A stretch of DNA of 64,000 nucleotides from Fidelibacterota bacterium (lineage in GTDB: Bacteria; Fidelibacterota; Marinisomatia; Marinisomatales; Marinisomataceae), in contig JAOIOW010000003.1 in the NCBI GenBank assembly GCA_028140795.1, positions 60,663-124,662 of the forward strand, read 5' to 3'. The translations under genes and the position numbers were made by a program. Below, in pieces: positions 1-9,051 of this stretch (the stretch's first letter is position 1; every line of letters begins with the position of its first letter). Below the pieces are notes generated by a model. That model searched no databases. It was not told the origin of the DNA and saw only the letters and a program-made list of their open reading frames with translations.

Positions 1-368
1 GATTCTAGTCTAGCTAACTCTTCCTTCATTTCAAGCTGATACTTTATTGCAGTATCTACGTCAAATTTTGATATATCCTTTGTTTTAGATCGTAGCTTAC
101 CAACCTTTTCGCGATACTGCTTTTGAGCTTCACGTACCATGTCTTTATACTCTTTTTGCATTGGAAAAAACTTTTGCGCTTGTTCTGGTGATAAGTCTAA
201 ATAATTGGTTTGAAGCCCAATCATAGTAGATTCTTTTTGATCTTGTAATTGCTCCATACGTTTTTTACGCATTTCCATTTTTTCCATATCTTCTGCATTT
301 TTACGTTGCATCTGACCTTGAGCAAAAATACTTGTTAAGAATATTGATAAAATAAGTAATTGTTTCAT
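1..368 (-). CDS. Spy/CpxP-like periplasmic protein, partial (C-terminus lies beyond the window edge)
   Basis: Not in the ORF track. My translation from the ATG at 368 gives MKQLLILSIFLTSIFAQGQMQRK..., a signal peptide followed by K/E/Q-rich helices with 'LSPEQAQKFFP' (LTXXQ-like). The frame stays open to position 1. Confidence 0.45.
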   Translation of the reverse strand, partial: MKQLLILSIFLTSIFAQGQMQRKNAEDMEKMEMRKKRMEQLQDQKESTMIGLQTNYLDLSPEQAQKFFPMQKEYKDMVREAQKQYREKVGKLRSKTKDISKFDVDTAIKYQLEMKEELARLE

Positions 369-431
369 GATTTCTCCTGTTTATTAATCATATGTATTTC
401 TTTAAACACTGTTATTTAATAAAAGTTTCAA

Positions 432-794
432 TTAACCTTTTCTGGCATTTATAAATGACTTTACTGACATTATAAATCCGACAAGACATAAAACAAAAGT
501 TGTAAATTGTTCAACGGTTGCTAAAGGCCTTTCTAACTCATTGCCACTAAAAAGATAACCAGCTAAATCAGAAACAGATCCAAAAGTAGCTCCAATTCCA
601 AGAATTAATATTAACACATTTACATGTGCAAAATGTTTATGAAATTTTGGAAAACTTTTTCCTAAAAACAAAACAATCTGCATCAAAAGCCCAAGTATTG
701 AGGGAATGAGCGCAGTAAAAGTCATAGCAAAAGCATAAAATGCTATGCCCAAAATAATTAAACTTATACTAATTTTATTAAAAATATTATCCAT
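432..794 (-). CDS. Small integral membrane protein, unknown function
   Basis: 120-aa ORF with about 4 hydrophobic helices. No recognisable family motif. Confidence 0.5.
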   Translation of the reverse strand: MDNIFNKISISLIILGIAFYAFAMTFTALIPSILGLLMQIVLFLGKSFPKFHKHFAHVNVLILILGIGATFGSVSDLAGYLFSGNELERPLATVEQFTTFVLCLVGFIMSVKSFINARKG

Positions 795-804
795 AATATT
801 CCTC

Positions 805-1518
805 TTATTTTTCTATAATTTCGCTAATTTTTTTAAAACTTCCATTTAATTCCGAAATCATTTTTTCGGTATATGGATTAAAATTTTGAATATCTTCAAA
901 TAATTCCCAAGTATCGTTACATGTTTGACTTACAAGCTTATGCAATGCTTTATAGCCTTCTGTATCAATTCTAGTTTGGTTTGTTCCAAAATCATCAATA
1001 ACTCTTCCAACAAAATGGGTTAATCCTTGTGATCTTGCAGCCATCATGTCATGCTCTTCAGCAGAAATTTCTTCAATGGTAATATTTTGACTTTCAAAAT
1101 AGTTTTTCCAAAAATCATATCTTTCAAAATTATTTCTTACCGATTCCATAGTCATGACTGAACCACTATCTTTTAGGGAATCAGGACCAAATAATGGATG
1201 TGTTGCTATTATGTCTGTTTGAGTAGGCAAATTATCTTTCATCACTTTTTTTGGAAATACTTTTACGGAACAAACATCTATTAAAGTCTTTCCGCTTTCA
1301 ATTTTATCTGAAATATTGATTATCAGCTCTTCAAAATCTCTAATAGGAACAGCAATGAAAATAGTTTCATTTTTAAGAGCGTCTTCAAATGAAACTTCAT
1401 TGATTTCTGTATTATTAATTGGATTTTTATCAAATACGTCTACTTCAAAACCTTTTGAGAGTAACGCATGTAGCATTGCTCCAAATCTACCAAATCCTAT
1501 GATGCTAACTTTGTTCAT
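805..1518 (-). CDS. tyrA: Prephenate (or arogenate) dehydrogenase, short form
   Basis: N-terminal Rossmann motif 'IIGFGRFG' and 'ATHPLFGP' (the HPMFGP-type motif of TyrA). ATGA overlap with the upstream pheA gene. Confidence 0.85.
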   Translation of the reverse strand: MNKVSIIGFGRFGAMLHALLSKGFEVDVFDKNPINNTEINEVSFEDALKNETIFIAVPIRDFEELIINISDKIESGKTLIDVCSVKVFPKKVMKDNLPTQTDIIATHPLFGPDSLKDSGSVMTMESVRNNFERYDFWKNYFESQNITIEEISAEEHDMMAARSQGLTHFVGRVIDDFGTNQTRIDTEGYKALHKLVSQTCNDTWELFEDIQNFNPYTEKMISELNGSFKKISEIIEK

Positions 1519-2081
1519 GAGTCCAACCTTTTAACAGCCAAGAATAACGTTAAATTTCTCTTCAAGTCATGTATATCATTCTCAAGAATGTTAAGTCCAT
1601 ATTTCTTTGCGGAAAATTTACTTGCAATAACTGCAACTTTTTTCGGTAATCTTCCCTCTGCTAAATCTTGAGCAGCCTTAGCAGTATCATCCTCCTCAAC
1701 AAGCTTTTTTGACCAGAATTTTTCAGCCAAATAATCTTTACATTGCTTTAATGCTTGTTCATGTGAATGAATTTCTTCAATATCTCCGACTGAAACTCCA
1801 TCTATTGCTAATAAATTTTGGCTGATTTCTACATAAAACATGTCAATGATTTGACACTGATTTTTTGCTAAAGCTTCTACGCTTTCAATCACCACTCCTC
1901 CTTGCGCATTTTCCATAGCAAATATTCCTGTATCAATCGAATTATTTGATAAACTATTAAGCACGTTCATTGAGCTAACAAGATATTTTAATTCAAAATC
2001 TTCAATTCCAAATTTTTTACAATATGATTTTGCAGCTTCTTCGCTAAAACTACCTTCAATTCCTTGAATACCTACTTTCAT
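1515..2081 (-). CDS. pheA: Prephenate dehydratase, PDT catalytic domain only (no ACT domain)
   Basis: 'GIQGIEGSFSEEAA', 'ENAQGGVV', 'SHEQALKQC' and 'NLTLFLAV' match PDT-domain motifs. At 188 aa there is no room for a C-terminal ACT domain. Confidence 0.85.
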   Translation of the reverse strand: MKVGIQGIEGSFSEEAAKSYCKKFGIEDFELKYLVSSMNVLNSLSNNSIDTGIFAMENAQGGVVIESVEALAKNQCQIIDMFYVEISQNLLAIDGVSVGDIEEIHSHEQALKQCKDYLAEKFWSKKLVEEDDTAKAAQDLAEGRLPKKVAVIASKFSAKKYGLNILENDIHDLKRNLTLFLAVKRLDS

Positions 2082-2509
2082 TTTTTCATCTCCAAAATAT
2101 GCTTTATACCTTTAATATAACTTTGTTTTCCTTCACCAAAAAACTGTCCAATGCAAACATTTTTTATGACGGAAGTTTTTCTAAAATTTTCTCGTTTATG
2201 AATATTCGACAAATGTACTTCAACCGTAGGAATTTGAGTCCCAATTATAGCATCTCTTAAAGCATATGAATAATGAGTCAGTGCACCAGCATTTAAAATA
2301 CAATAGTCTACTTTTCCTCTTTTTGAATGCAAAAAGTCAATCATTTCACCTTCCGAATTTGATTGAAAGAATTCAAGTTCAAAATTCTGGCACAATTCAT
2401 GATTTTGAATCCATGCATTGATTTGATTCAGACTCTCACTACCATAAATCTCAGGCTCTCTTTCGCCAAGCAAATTCAGGTTTGGTCCATTCACGATAAT
2501 TAATTTCAT
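2078..2509 (-). CDS. aroQ: 3-dehydroquinate dehydratase, type II
   Basis: 'IIVNGPNLNLLGEREPEIYG' and 'HLSNIHKRE' are typical of type II DHQase. Confidence 0.93.
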   Translation of the reverse strand: MKLIIVNGPNLNLLGEREPEIYGSESLNQINAWIQNHELCQNFELEFFQSNSEGEMIDFLHSKRGKVDYCILNAGALTHYSYALRDAIIGTQIPTVEVHLSNIHKRENFRKTSVIKNVCIGQFFGEGKQSYIKGIKHILEMKK

Positions 2510-3573
2510 AACACGCTCAAACTTTCTTTAATTTGATCAAATGTGATATCTTTGCTGATTCTTGATTTACCAATTTCATCAAGTAAAATAAATCTAATTT
2601 TTTTCTCTCTAAATTTTTTGTCATTCTTAACAAAATTTATAAAAGTCTCTCTGTTATCAATATCAAGTTTTGGTAATTCAAATTTAGACAATAATTGAGT
2701 GGATATATCATATTCATCATTAGATAAATTTCCAAATTTATTGGAAAGATATAATGCGCATTTCATACCATAAAAAATTGCTTCTCCATGTAATAAATTT
2801 TTGTAATTAGTAAATGATTCAATTGCATGCCCAACAGTATGACCAAAATTCAGAATCATCCTTAATTCATTCTCATTTTCATCTTCACTAACAATATCGC
2901 TTTTTATTTCACAACATTGGATAATTATTTTTTGTAAAACATCTATATCTTTATTTTTAATTTTGATTGAATTAGCAACTAAATAATCAAAAAATTCTCT
3001 ATCATAAATGAAGCCGTATTTTACAACCTCTGCAAGAGCAGCTTGCAACTCTCTAGCTGGTAACGTTGATAAAAAATTGGTATCAATTTCTACAGCTATA
3101 GGCTGATATATTCTTCCAACCAAATTTTTACCAACCTTTAAATTAATTCCTGTCTTTCCTCCTATAGCAGAATCAACCATTGCAAGTAACGTGGTTGGAT
3201 ATTGAATGTATTTAATTCCCCTCATAAAAATTGATGATGCAAAGCCCGCAACATCTCCAACTACCCCTCCACCTACTGCAAACACTAATGATGACCTATC
3301 AAAATGTTTTTTTGCCATCTCATTTACAATTAAAGAAATAGATTCAAATGATTTTGCTTTTTCACCTTGATCAATCAAAAAAATATTTACATTAGGTAAA
3401 TTAGAAAGCTCGTTTATTTCATCTTTATATAGACTTAGAATCTCTTTTTGAGTAATTAACATACATTGTGATTTTGTTGACGATGCAAACTTTACAACTG
3501 AATTTTTGAAACCCTCAATCAAACTGATGTTATAGCTATTGTTTCCTAAATCAACTTTAATCTTATTGGACAT
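2506..3573 (-). CDS. aroB: 3-dehydroquinate synthase
   Basis: 'GGGVVGDVAGFASS', 'GGKTGINL' and 'NFGHTVGHAIE' motifs. 355 aa. Confidence 0.93.
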   Translation of the reverse strand: MSNKIKVDLGNNSYNISLIEGFKNSVVKFASSTKSQCMLITQKEILSLYKDEINELSNLPNVNIFLIDQGEKAKSFESISLIVNEMAKKHFDRSSLVFAVGGGVVGDVAGFASSIFMRGIKYIQYPTTLLAMVDSAIGGKTGINLKVGKNLVGRIYQPIAVEIDTNFLSTLPARELQAALAEVVKYGFIYDREFFDYLVANSIKIKNKDIDVLQKIIIQCCEIKSDIVSEDENENELRMILNFGHTVGHAIESFTNYKNLLHGEAIFYGMKCALYLSNKFGNLSNDEYDISTQLLSKFELPKLDIDNRETFINFVKNDKKFREKKIRFILLDEIGKSRISKDITFDQIKESLSVL

Positions 3574-4084
3574 TAATTATCTCCATTATTTGATTGCAGT
3601 TGTCCTGAATAGTCTGATGATCCGTAATAACCTCAATTTTGCATAATGCTTCATACTTTTGTTCTCTTTTTAATATAATTTCTTCAAATACCTCATCTTT
3701 ATTTTGGACATTTAATAATGGCCTAGAATTATCATCTTTAAGCCTATCTAGTAAGATATTTTTAGATGTTTTTAAATAAATGCAATGTTTTGAGCTTAAC
3801 AATTCGTAACTATCTTTGTGTGATACTGCTCCTCCACCAACAGCTATAACAGTATTTTCTTTTAAAATATGTTTTTGTAATTCAGCAAATTCTAACTTTC
3901 TAAAACTTTCTTCTCCCTTTAAAAATAGCTCATTTATGGACATATCAAATGACTTAATTAGTTCATCATCAATATCAATAAAATTCCATCCTAAGCTCAA
4001 AGAAAGAGCTTTTGCGGTGGAAGATTTTCCAGAACCCATCATTCCGATTAAGTATAGCTGATTAATATTTTCCACTGCTTTCAA
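3563..4084 (-). CDS. aroK: Shikimate kinase
   Basis: P-loop 'GMMGSGKSS', 'VIAVGGGAV', and a size of 173 aa. Confidence 0.9.
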   Translation of the reverse strand: MKAVENINQLYLIGMMGSGKSSTAKALSLSLGWNFIDIDDELIKSFDMSINELFLKGEESFRKLEFAELQKHILKENTVIAVGGGAVSHKDSYELLSSKHCIYLKTSKNILLDRLKDDNSRPLLNVQNKDEVFEEIILKREQKYEALCKIEVITDHQTIQDNCNQIMEIINVQ

Positions 4085-5222
4085 TGTGTTTTTTTAATTG
4101 CTTAATACTATCTCCACCGAACTTTTCAAGTAATGCATCCGCAAGGACAATAGCCAACATACTTTCCCCAATGATTGATGCCGCAGGAACTGCACAAGAA
4201 TCTGTTCTTTCTTTATGCGCAAGCTTTGGCTCCATAGTATTCAAATCTATCGATCTTAAGGGCTTTATGAGCGTTGAGATAGGTTTCATGCTTACCTTTA
4301 CATGAATTGGTTGAGCATTGCTCATTCCACCTTCAATACCTCCAGCATTATTTCTTGAACGAGTGATTTTGTCATTTTCAAATAATATTTCATCATGAAG
4401 TTCGCTTCCAAATGCCGCAGATGAAGCAAAACCGGCTCCAACCTCAACGCCTTTAAAAGCATTCACAGACATCATTGCTTGGGAAATTCTGGCTTGAAGC
4501 TTTCCATCAGCGTTGATATAGCTTCCTAAACCATAAGGCATTCCTTTGGCAATTACCTCAAAAGAACCTCCAACTGAATCACCATTACTTTTCGCTTGAT
4601 CAATAACGTTAATCATTTTTTCTTCTGCATCTTTATTTAAACATCTTACTGAGGATTTGTCAGCTAAATCGTTTAATTGAGACATAGTTAAAGAATGGTC
4701 AACTTCTTTATTATCAACTACATCATGAATTTGATATACTCTGCTCCCAATGGTTATTCCTACTTCATTTAATAGTTTTCTGCAAATAGCACCAATAGCA
4801 ACTCTCATAGCAGTTTCTCTTGCTGAAGATCGTTCTAAAACATTTCTAATATCATCAAAATCATATTTCATCATACCTGCTAAATCTGCATGTCCAGGTC
4901 GAGGCATTGTTACCTTTTTATGTTCTTTTTTAGGTTTACCTACTGCCATTCTATCTTCCCAGTTCACCCAATCTAAATTTTTAATGATTAGGGAAATAGG
5001 AGATCCGAGTGTGTGTTCATGTCGCACTCCTGAAAAAATTTCTGCAAAATCTTTTTCAATTTGCATTCTTTTTCCTCTGCCATGACCTTGCATTCTTCTT
5101 AAAAGATCAACCGCAATATATTCTTCAGTAAGCTGAAGACCAGCAGGTATTCCTTCAATGATACCTATTAACCCTTTTCCATGCGATTCACCAGCGGTCA
5201 TATATGATATTTTTTTTAACAT
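4062..5222 (-). CDS. aroC: Chorismate synthase
   Basis: 'TAGESHGKGL', 'RPGHADL' and 'ERSSARETA' motifs. Confidence 0.95.
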   Translation of the reverse strand: MLKKISYMTAGESHGKGLIGIIEGIPAGLQLTEEYIAVDLLRRMQGHGRGKRMQIEKDFAEIFSGVRHEHTLGSPISLIIKNLDWVNWEDRMAVGKPKKEHKKVTMPRPGHADLAGMMKYDFDDIRNVLERSSARETAMRVAIGAICRKLLNEVGITIGSRVYQIHDVVDNKEVDHSLTMSQLNDLADKSSVRCLNKDAEEKMINVIDQAKSNGDSVGGSFEVIAKGMPYGLGSYINADGKLQARISQAMMSVNAFKGVEVGAGFASSAAFGSELHDEILFENDKITRSRNNAGGIEGGMSNAQPIHVKVSMKPISTLIKPLRSIDLNTMEPKLAHKERTDSCAVPAASIIGESMLAIVLADALLEKFGGDSIKQLKKHIESSGKY

Positions 5223-6034
5223 TTTATGTTCTCCAATTGTTTTCTCACGGACTCAATTTGTGAATCCAAATTATAGTTAGTTTCTCTCCAAATTTCAATA
5301 GACTTCAAAGCTTGGAAAATAAACATATCAAGACCATTAATCTTTTTGGAGCATTTATCAAATTTTTTTAAAAATAAAGTTTCTTTCGAAGTATAAATTA
5401 GATCAATTAATACTGTATGATCTTCAACAGGAATATCAAAAAAATTGTCACTGTCTTGCTTATACATTCCTATTGGAGTTGTATTAATTGCAATATCACA
5501 ACTCGTATGATTTGAATTAAATAGATCTATGTTGTTGAAACCGAGGGTATGAGCAAAATTTTGGAGATTGTGAGCATTATCGATAGATCTGTTTTTTATA
5601 ATAATCCTACCAATTCCCTTATCAATTAAGCATTTAACTACAGTTTTTGCAGATGATCCTGCCCCAAGGACAACACAGCTAATTCCATCAATATCTATAC
5701 CATTTTCATTTAAAAGCATATCAAATCCATACTTATCAGTATTAAACCCACAAATCATATTATTTGATTTTGATATACAGTTCACATTATCTAAGATTTT
5801 TGCCTCATCATCAATAGTATCTAAAAACTTTACTACGCTACTTTTGAATGGTATGGTAACATTAATACCATTAAATAAACCAAAATCATTATTGAAAAAA
5901 TCATCAAGCTGTTCATTTTCTAAATGAATTTTTTCAAAAGAACAGTTCAAAATATTCAATTTCTCATAAAGAATTTTATGAAGCTGAGGGCTTAAACTTT
6001 TATCAATTGGGTTTCCAATTACTGCAAATTTCAT
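5216..6034 (-). CDS. aroE: Shikimate 5-dehydrogenase
   Basis: 'VIGNPIDKSLSPQLHK', 'GFNTD' and NADP-binding 'VLGAGSSAK'. Confidence 0.88.
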   Translation of the reverse strand: MKFAVIGNPIDKSLSPQLHKILYEKLNILNCSFEKIHLENEQLDDFFNNDFGLFNGINVTIPFKSSVVKFLDTIDDEAKILDNVNCISKSNNMICGFNTDKYGFDMLLNENGIDIDGISCVVLGAGSSAKTVVKCLIDKGIGRIIIKNRSIDNAHNLQNFAHTLGFNNIDLFNSNHTSCDIAINTTPIGMYKQDSDNFFDIPVEDHTVLIDLIYTSKETLFLKKFDKCSKKINGLDMFIFQALKSIEIWRETNYNLDSQIESVRKQLENIKC

Positions 6035-7281
6035 TTGGTTAACTCGCTAAGATAATTAAAGAAATTTGGCAATGAAATATCAACGCATTGTATATTATCA
6101 AGCTCATATTTTTCAAAAGAAGTAAGGCTTAAAATTGTGAATGCCATAGCAATCCTATGATCATCAAAGGTAGTTATTTTAGGCATTCTTTTTACCTTAC
6201 CTCCTTCAATAAATAAATCATTATTTTTTTCATATGCCTTGATTCCAAATGCTTTAAGATTATGTATAATTGCGCCTAACCTATCACATTCTTTATATTT
6301 TAACTCTTCAACATTTTTAAAAACTGTAGTGCCGTTTGCAAAAGCTGCTACAACTGCTAATATTGGTACTTCATCTATGATTGATGGTATAATTTCAGGC
6401 TCAACTTCTATTGCTTTTGGATTAGATGCGCTAACAGTTAAATCTCCTACTTTTTCTCCATTATGAATAGATTCATTTGATTTTGTTATTAAACAATTCA
6501 TTTTATTTAAAACTTCAACAAATCCAATTCTTGACTCATTAAGCAATACATTAGTCAGTTTTAAATTTGAATTATTGTTAATAACTGCCAAAGCAACAAA
6601 AAAGGCTGCTGAAGATGGATCAGAGGGCACAGAAATATCAATCGACTTTAACTTGGATTTGAGTGGATGAACTATAATTTTACTTCCTTCACTTTCAATT
6701 GATGCTCCCATATTCTTTAACATAATTTCTGAATGATTTCTTGTCGGAATAATCTCATTAACACTTGATACATTATTTCCACCTAAAGCTGAAAAAAGTA
6801 TACTTGATTTCACCTGCGCACTTGCAACTTTCATATCATAATCTATACCGCTAATACCTTCAGAAGCATCTATTGATAAGGGCAATAATCCATCATTAGA
6901 GAAAATTTTACATCCCATTGCTGTTAAAGGCGTAATTATTCGCTTCATTGGTCTTTTTGATAAAGATTCATCTCCAATTAATGAAAATACTAATTTTTGG
7001 GAAGCTAATAGTCCTGCAACCAGTCTAGTAGTAGTTCCTGAATTACCACAATCAAGATCATTTGATGGAGAATGAAGTTCTTTTCCATGAATTACTATTT
7101 CATTTTCTCTTTCTTGTATTGAAGCTCCACAATCTTTCAAAATATTAATTGTTGACTGCAGATCAGCTCCATCATTTAAATTTCTAACATAACTAACTCC
7201 CTCAGCTATGGCTGAAAGCATAATTGCTCTATGAGAAATAGATTTATCTCCTGGAAGTTGCAATGTTCCTTGAACTAGCAT
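6031..7281 (-). CDS. aroA: 3-phosphoshikimate 1-carboxyvinyltransferase (EPSP synthase)
   Basis: 'LPGDKSISHRA', 'GNSGTTTRL' and 'DHRIAMAF' motifs. Confidence 0.95.
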   Translation of the reverse strand: MLVQGTLQLPGDKSISHRAIMLSAIAEGVSYVRNLNDGADLQSTINILKDCGASIQERENEIVIHGKELHSPSNDLDCGNSGTTTRLVAGLLASQKLVFSLIGDESLSKRPMKRIITPLTAMGCKIFSNDGLLPLSIDASEGISGIDYDMKVASAQVKSSILFSALGGNNVSSVNEIIPTRNHSEIMLKNMGASIESEGSKIIVHPLKSKLKSIDISVPSDPSSAAFFVALAVINNNSNLKLTNVLLNESRIGFVEVLNKMNCLITKSNESIHNGEKVGDLTVSASNPKAIEVEPEIIPSIIDEVPILAVVAAFANGTTVFKNVEELKYKECDRLGAIIHNLKAFGIKAYEKNNDLFIEGGKVKRMPKITTFDDHRIAMAFTILSLTSFEKYELDNIQCVDISLPNFFNYLSELTK

Positions 7282-8622
7282 TTAACCTTGCAGCTCCTCC
7301 GCAATATTGAAAGAGAGTTCTAGCGCTTGATTAGCATTCAATCTTGGATCACAATGCGTATGATATCTTGAATTTAAATCCTCATCGCTCAGTTTATAAA
7401 TACCACCTGTACACTCAGTAACATTTTGTCCGGTCATTTCTAGGTGTATTCCACCCAAATGACATCCTTTATCCTTAAGAATCTTTATTGCCTCTGAAGT
7501 TTCGTTTAATAAAGAACTAAAATCTCTAGTTTTTAGTCCTGAGGAAGATTTTATTGTATTACCATGCATTGGGTCTGATACCCATAAAACTTTTTTTCCA
7601 TTTTTTGTTATTTCGTCAATTAATCCTGGAAGATATTTACGGACTTTGTTTTTGCCATATCTAAAGATCAAAGAAATTTTTCCAGGCTCATTATCTGGAT
7701 TAATTTTATCAATTATTTTAATGAGCTCTTTTGGATCTAAACTTGGTCCACACTTAATACCAATAGGATTATTAATTCCAGAACAATATTCAACATGAGC
7801 ACTATCTACGAATCTAGTCCTATCACCAATCCAAACCATGTGCGATGAAGTAGCAAAAGTTTTGCCAGAAATTGAATCTGTTCTTGTAAGTGCAGATTCA
7901 AATGGTAAATGCAATGCTTCATGACTTGTATAAAAATCTACTGAATTTAGATAGTCTACAGAGGAAATATTTACACCAATAGCCTCAATGAAATCAAGAT
8001 ATTCATTTATTTGGTTTGCTATTTTTTCATATTTTTTTCCCTCGGGTGTAGCTTTTACAAAACCCATATTCCAGGAATTTACTTTTCTTAAATTTGCAAA
8101 TCCGCCTTGTGCAAAAGATCTAATAAGATTAAGTGTAGATGCTGATTGTGAATAAGCTCTCAAAAGTCTTGAAGGGTTAGGTTCTCTTTTTTGTTCAGAA
8201 AATTCAATGCTATTTATTGAATCTCCAAAATAACTTGGTAATGTTTTATCATTAACTGTTTCAAAATCAGATGATCTAGGTTTAGCAAATTGACCAGCAA
8301 TTCTTCCTACTTTAATTACTGGTACCTTCATTTTTGCGGTAAAAATGGCACTCATTTGCAAAATCACTCTAAATGTATCTCTTATGCTATTAGCATTAAA
8401 TTCCTTAAAACTTTCAGCACAATCACCACCTTGAATTAAAAAAGCTTTACCTTCAACAGCTGAAGCAAGTTTTTCTTTAAGAATATTACATTCACCGGCA
8501 AAAACTAATGGTGGAAATTTTTCAATCTTCTTTAACGCTTTTTTTAAAGCATCTTTATCCTTGTATTCAGGAATATGTTTAACGGTGAAATTTTCCCAAG
8601 AATTTTTAGTCCACTTACTCAT
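7282..8622 (-). CDS. DAHP synthase, class II (plant/actinobacterial type)
   Basis: 446 aa. 'QGGDCAESF' and 'RIAGQFAKPRSS' are class II DAHPS signatures. Confidence 0.92.
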   Translation of the reverse strand: MSKWTKNSWENFTVKHIPEYKDKDALKKALKKIEKFPPLVFAGECNILKEKLASAVEGKAFLIQGGDCAESFKEFNANSIRDTFRVILQMSAIFTAKMKVPVIKVGRIAGQFAKPRSSDFETVNDKTLPSYFGDSINSIEFSEQKREPNPSRLLRAYSQSASTLNLIRSFAQGGFANLRKVNSWNMGFVKATPEGKKYEKIANQINEYLDFIEAIGVNISSVDYLNSVDFYTSHEALHLPFESALTRTDSISGKTFATSSHMVWIGDRTRFVDSAHVEYCSGINNPIGIKCGPSLDPKELIKIIDKINPDNEPGKISLIFRYGKNKVRKYLPGLIDEITKNGKKVLWVSDPMHGNTIKSSSGLKTRDFSSLLNETSEAIKILKDKGCHLGGIHLEMTGQNVTECTGGIYKLSDEDLNSRYHTHCDPRLNANQALELSFNIAEELQG

Positions 8623-8882
8623 AATTCATTCCCTTCAATTTTCTTAGAAGCAGAAATTACACTTTGGTATATTTCTTTTAAATATTTTGCTTCTTTTTGA
8701 GAAAATCTTGCATCAATTCTAGCATAAATGGAATTTTCTCGCTTCGAATCTTCAATTGGTATATTATTCTTAGATTTGATTTCACCAATCTTTATAACAG
8801 GATCTAACCTATCTACTAAAAGGTCAAAAATCATATTATCAATGTTATCAATATTTTTTCTTTCATCATTTATTTCAATCAT
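8619..8882 (-). CDS. Chorismate mutase (AroQ class, monofunctional)
   Basis: Helical CM_2-like sequence 'IDNIDNMIFDLLVDRLDPVIKIGEIK...SKRENSIYARI'. I place the start at ATG 8882, preceded by GGAGG at 8891-8887. The track's longer start at 8909 lies inside the upstream hairpin and U-tract. Confidence 0.8.
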   Translation of the reverse strand: MIEINDERKNIDNIDNMIFDLLVDRLDPVIKIGEIKSKNNIPIEDSKRENSIYARIDARFSQKEAKYLKEIYQSVISASKKIEGNEL

Positions 8883-8891
8883 AATTCCTCC

Positions 8892-8924
8892 AAAAAAAAA
8901 CCCTAACATTTTTTGCTAGGGTTT
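8892..8924 (-). terminator. Intrinsic terminator hairpin plus U-tract (terminator arm of the Phe/Tyr attenuator)
   Basis: Minus-strand RNA reads AAACCCUAGC-AAAAAAU-GUUAGGGUUU followed by more U. The A9 run at 8892-8900 on the plus strand gives nine consecutive U, three of them in the stem. The U-tract abuts the GGAGG ribosome-binding site of chorismate mutase. Confidence 0.7.
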
Positions 8925-8950
8925 CTATAGTTTGTGATATAATTATTCTA

Positions 8951-9010
8951 TCAGGCGCCTATAGTCCCCCTGCATCTAAAATAGAAATAATAGTTGTTAA
9001 AATTTTTCAT
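8951..9010 (-). CDS. Candidate 19-aa Phe/Tyr-rich leader peptide MKNFNNYYFYFRCRGTIGA
   Basis: ATG at 9010, TGA at 8953-8951. Three Phe and three Tyr codons fall within codons 4-11. Codons 14-17 (AGGGGGACUAUAG, 8971-8959) can pair with CUAUAGAAACCCU (8930-8918), which overlaps the 5' arm of the terminator. Confidence 0.6.
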   Translation of the reverse strand: MKNFNNYYFYFRCRGTIGA

Positions 9011-9051
9011 CAGAGCATATTAGTGATAAAAATCTAATTGAGAAACAAAAA

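Noticed and set aside
8883-8909. The track's longer start for chorismate mutase (MLGFFFGGIM...).
   Set aside because: The extra 9 codons are the read-out of the terminator loop, the U-tract (FFF) and the GGAGG ribosome-binding site (GG). ATG 8882, with GGAGG 4 nt upstream, is the more credible start.
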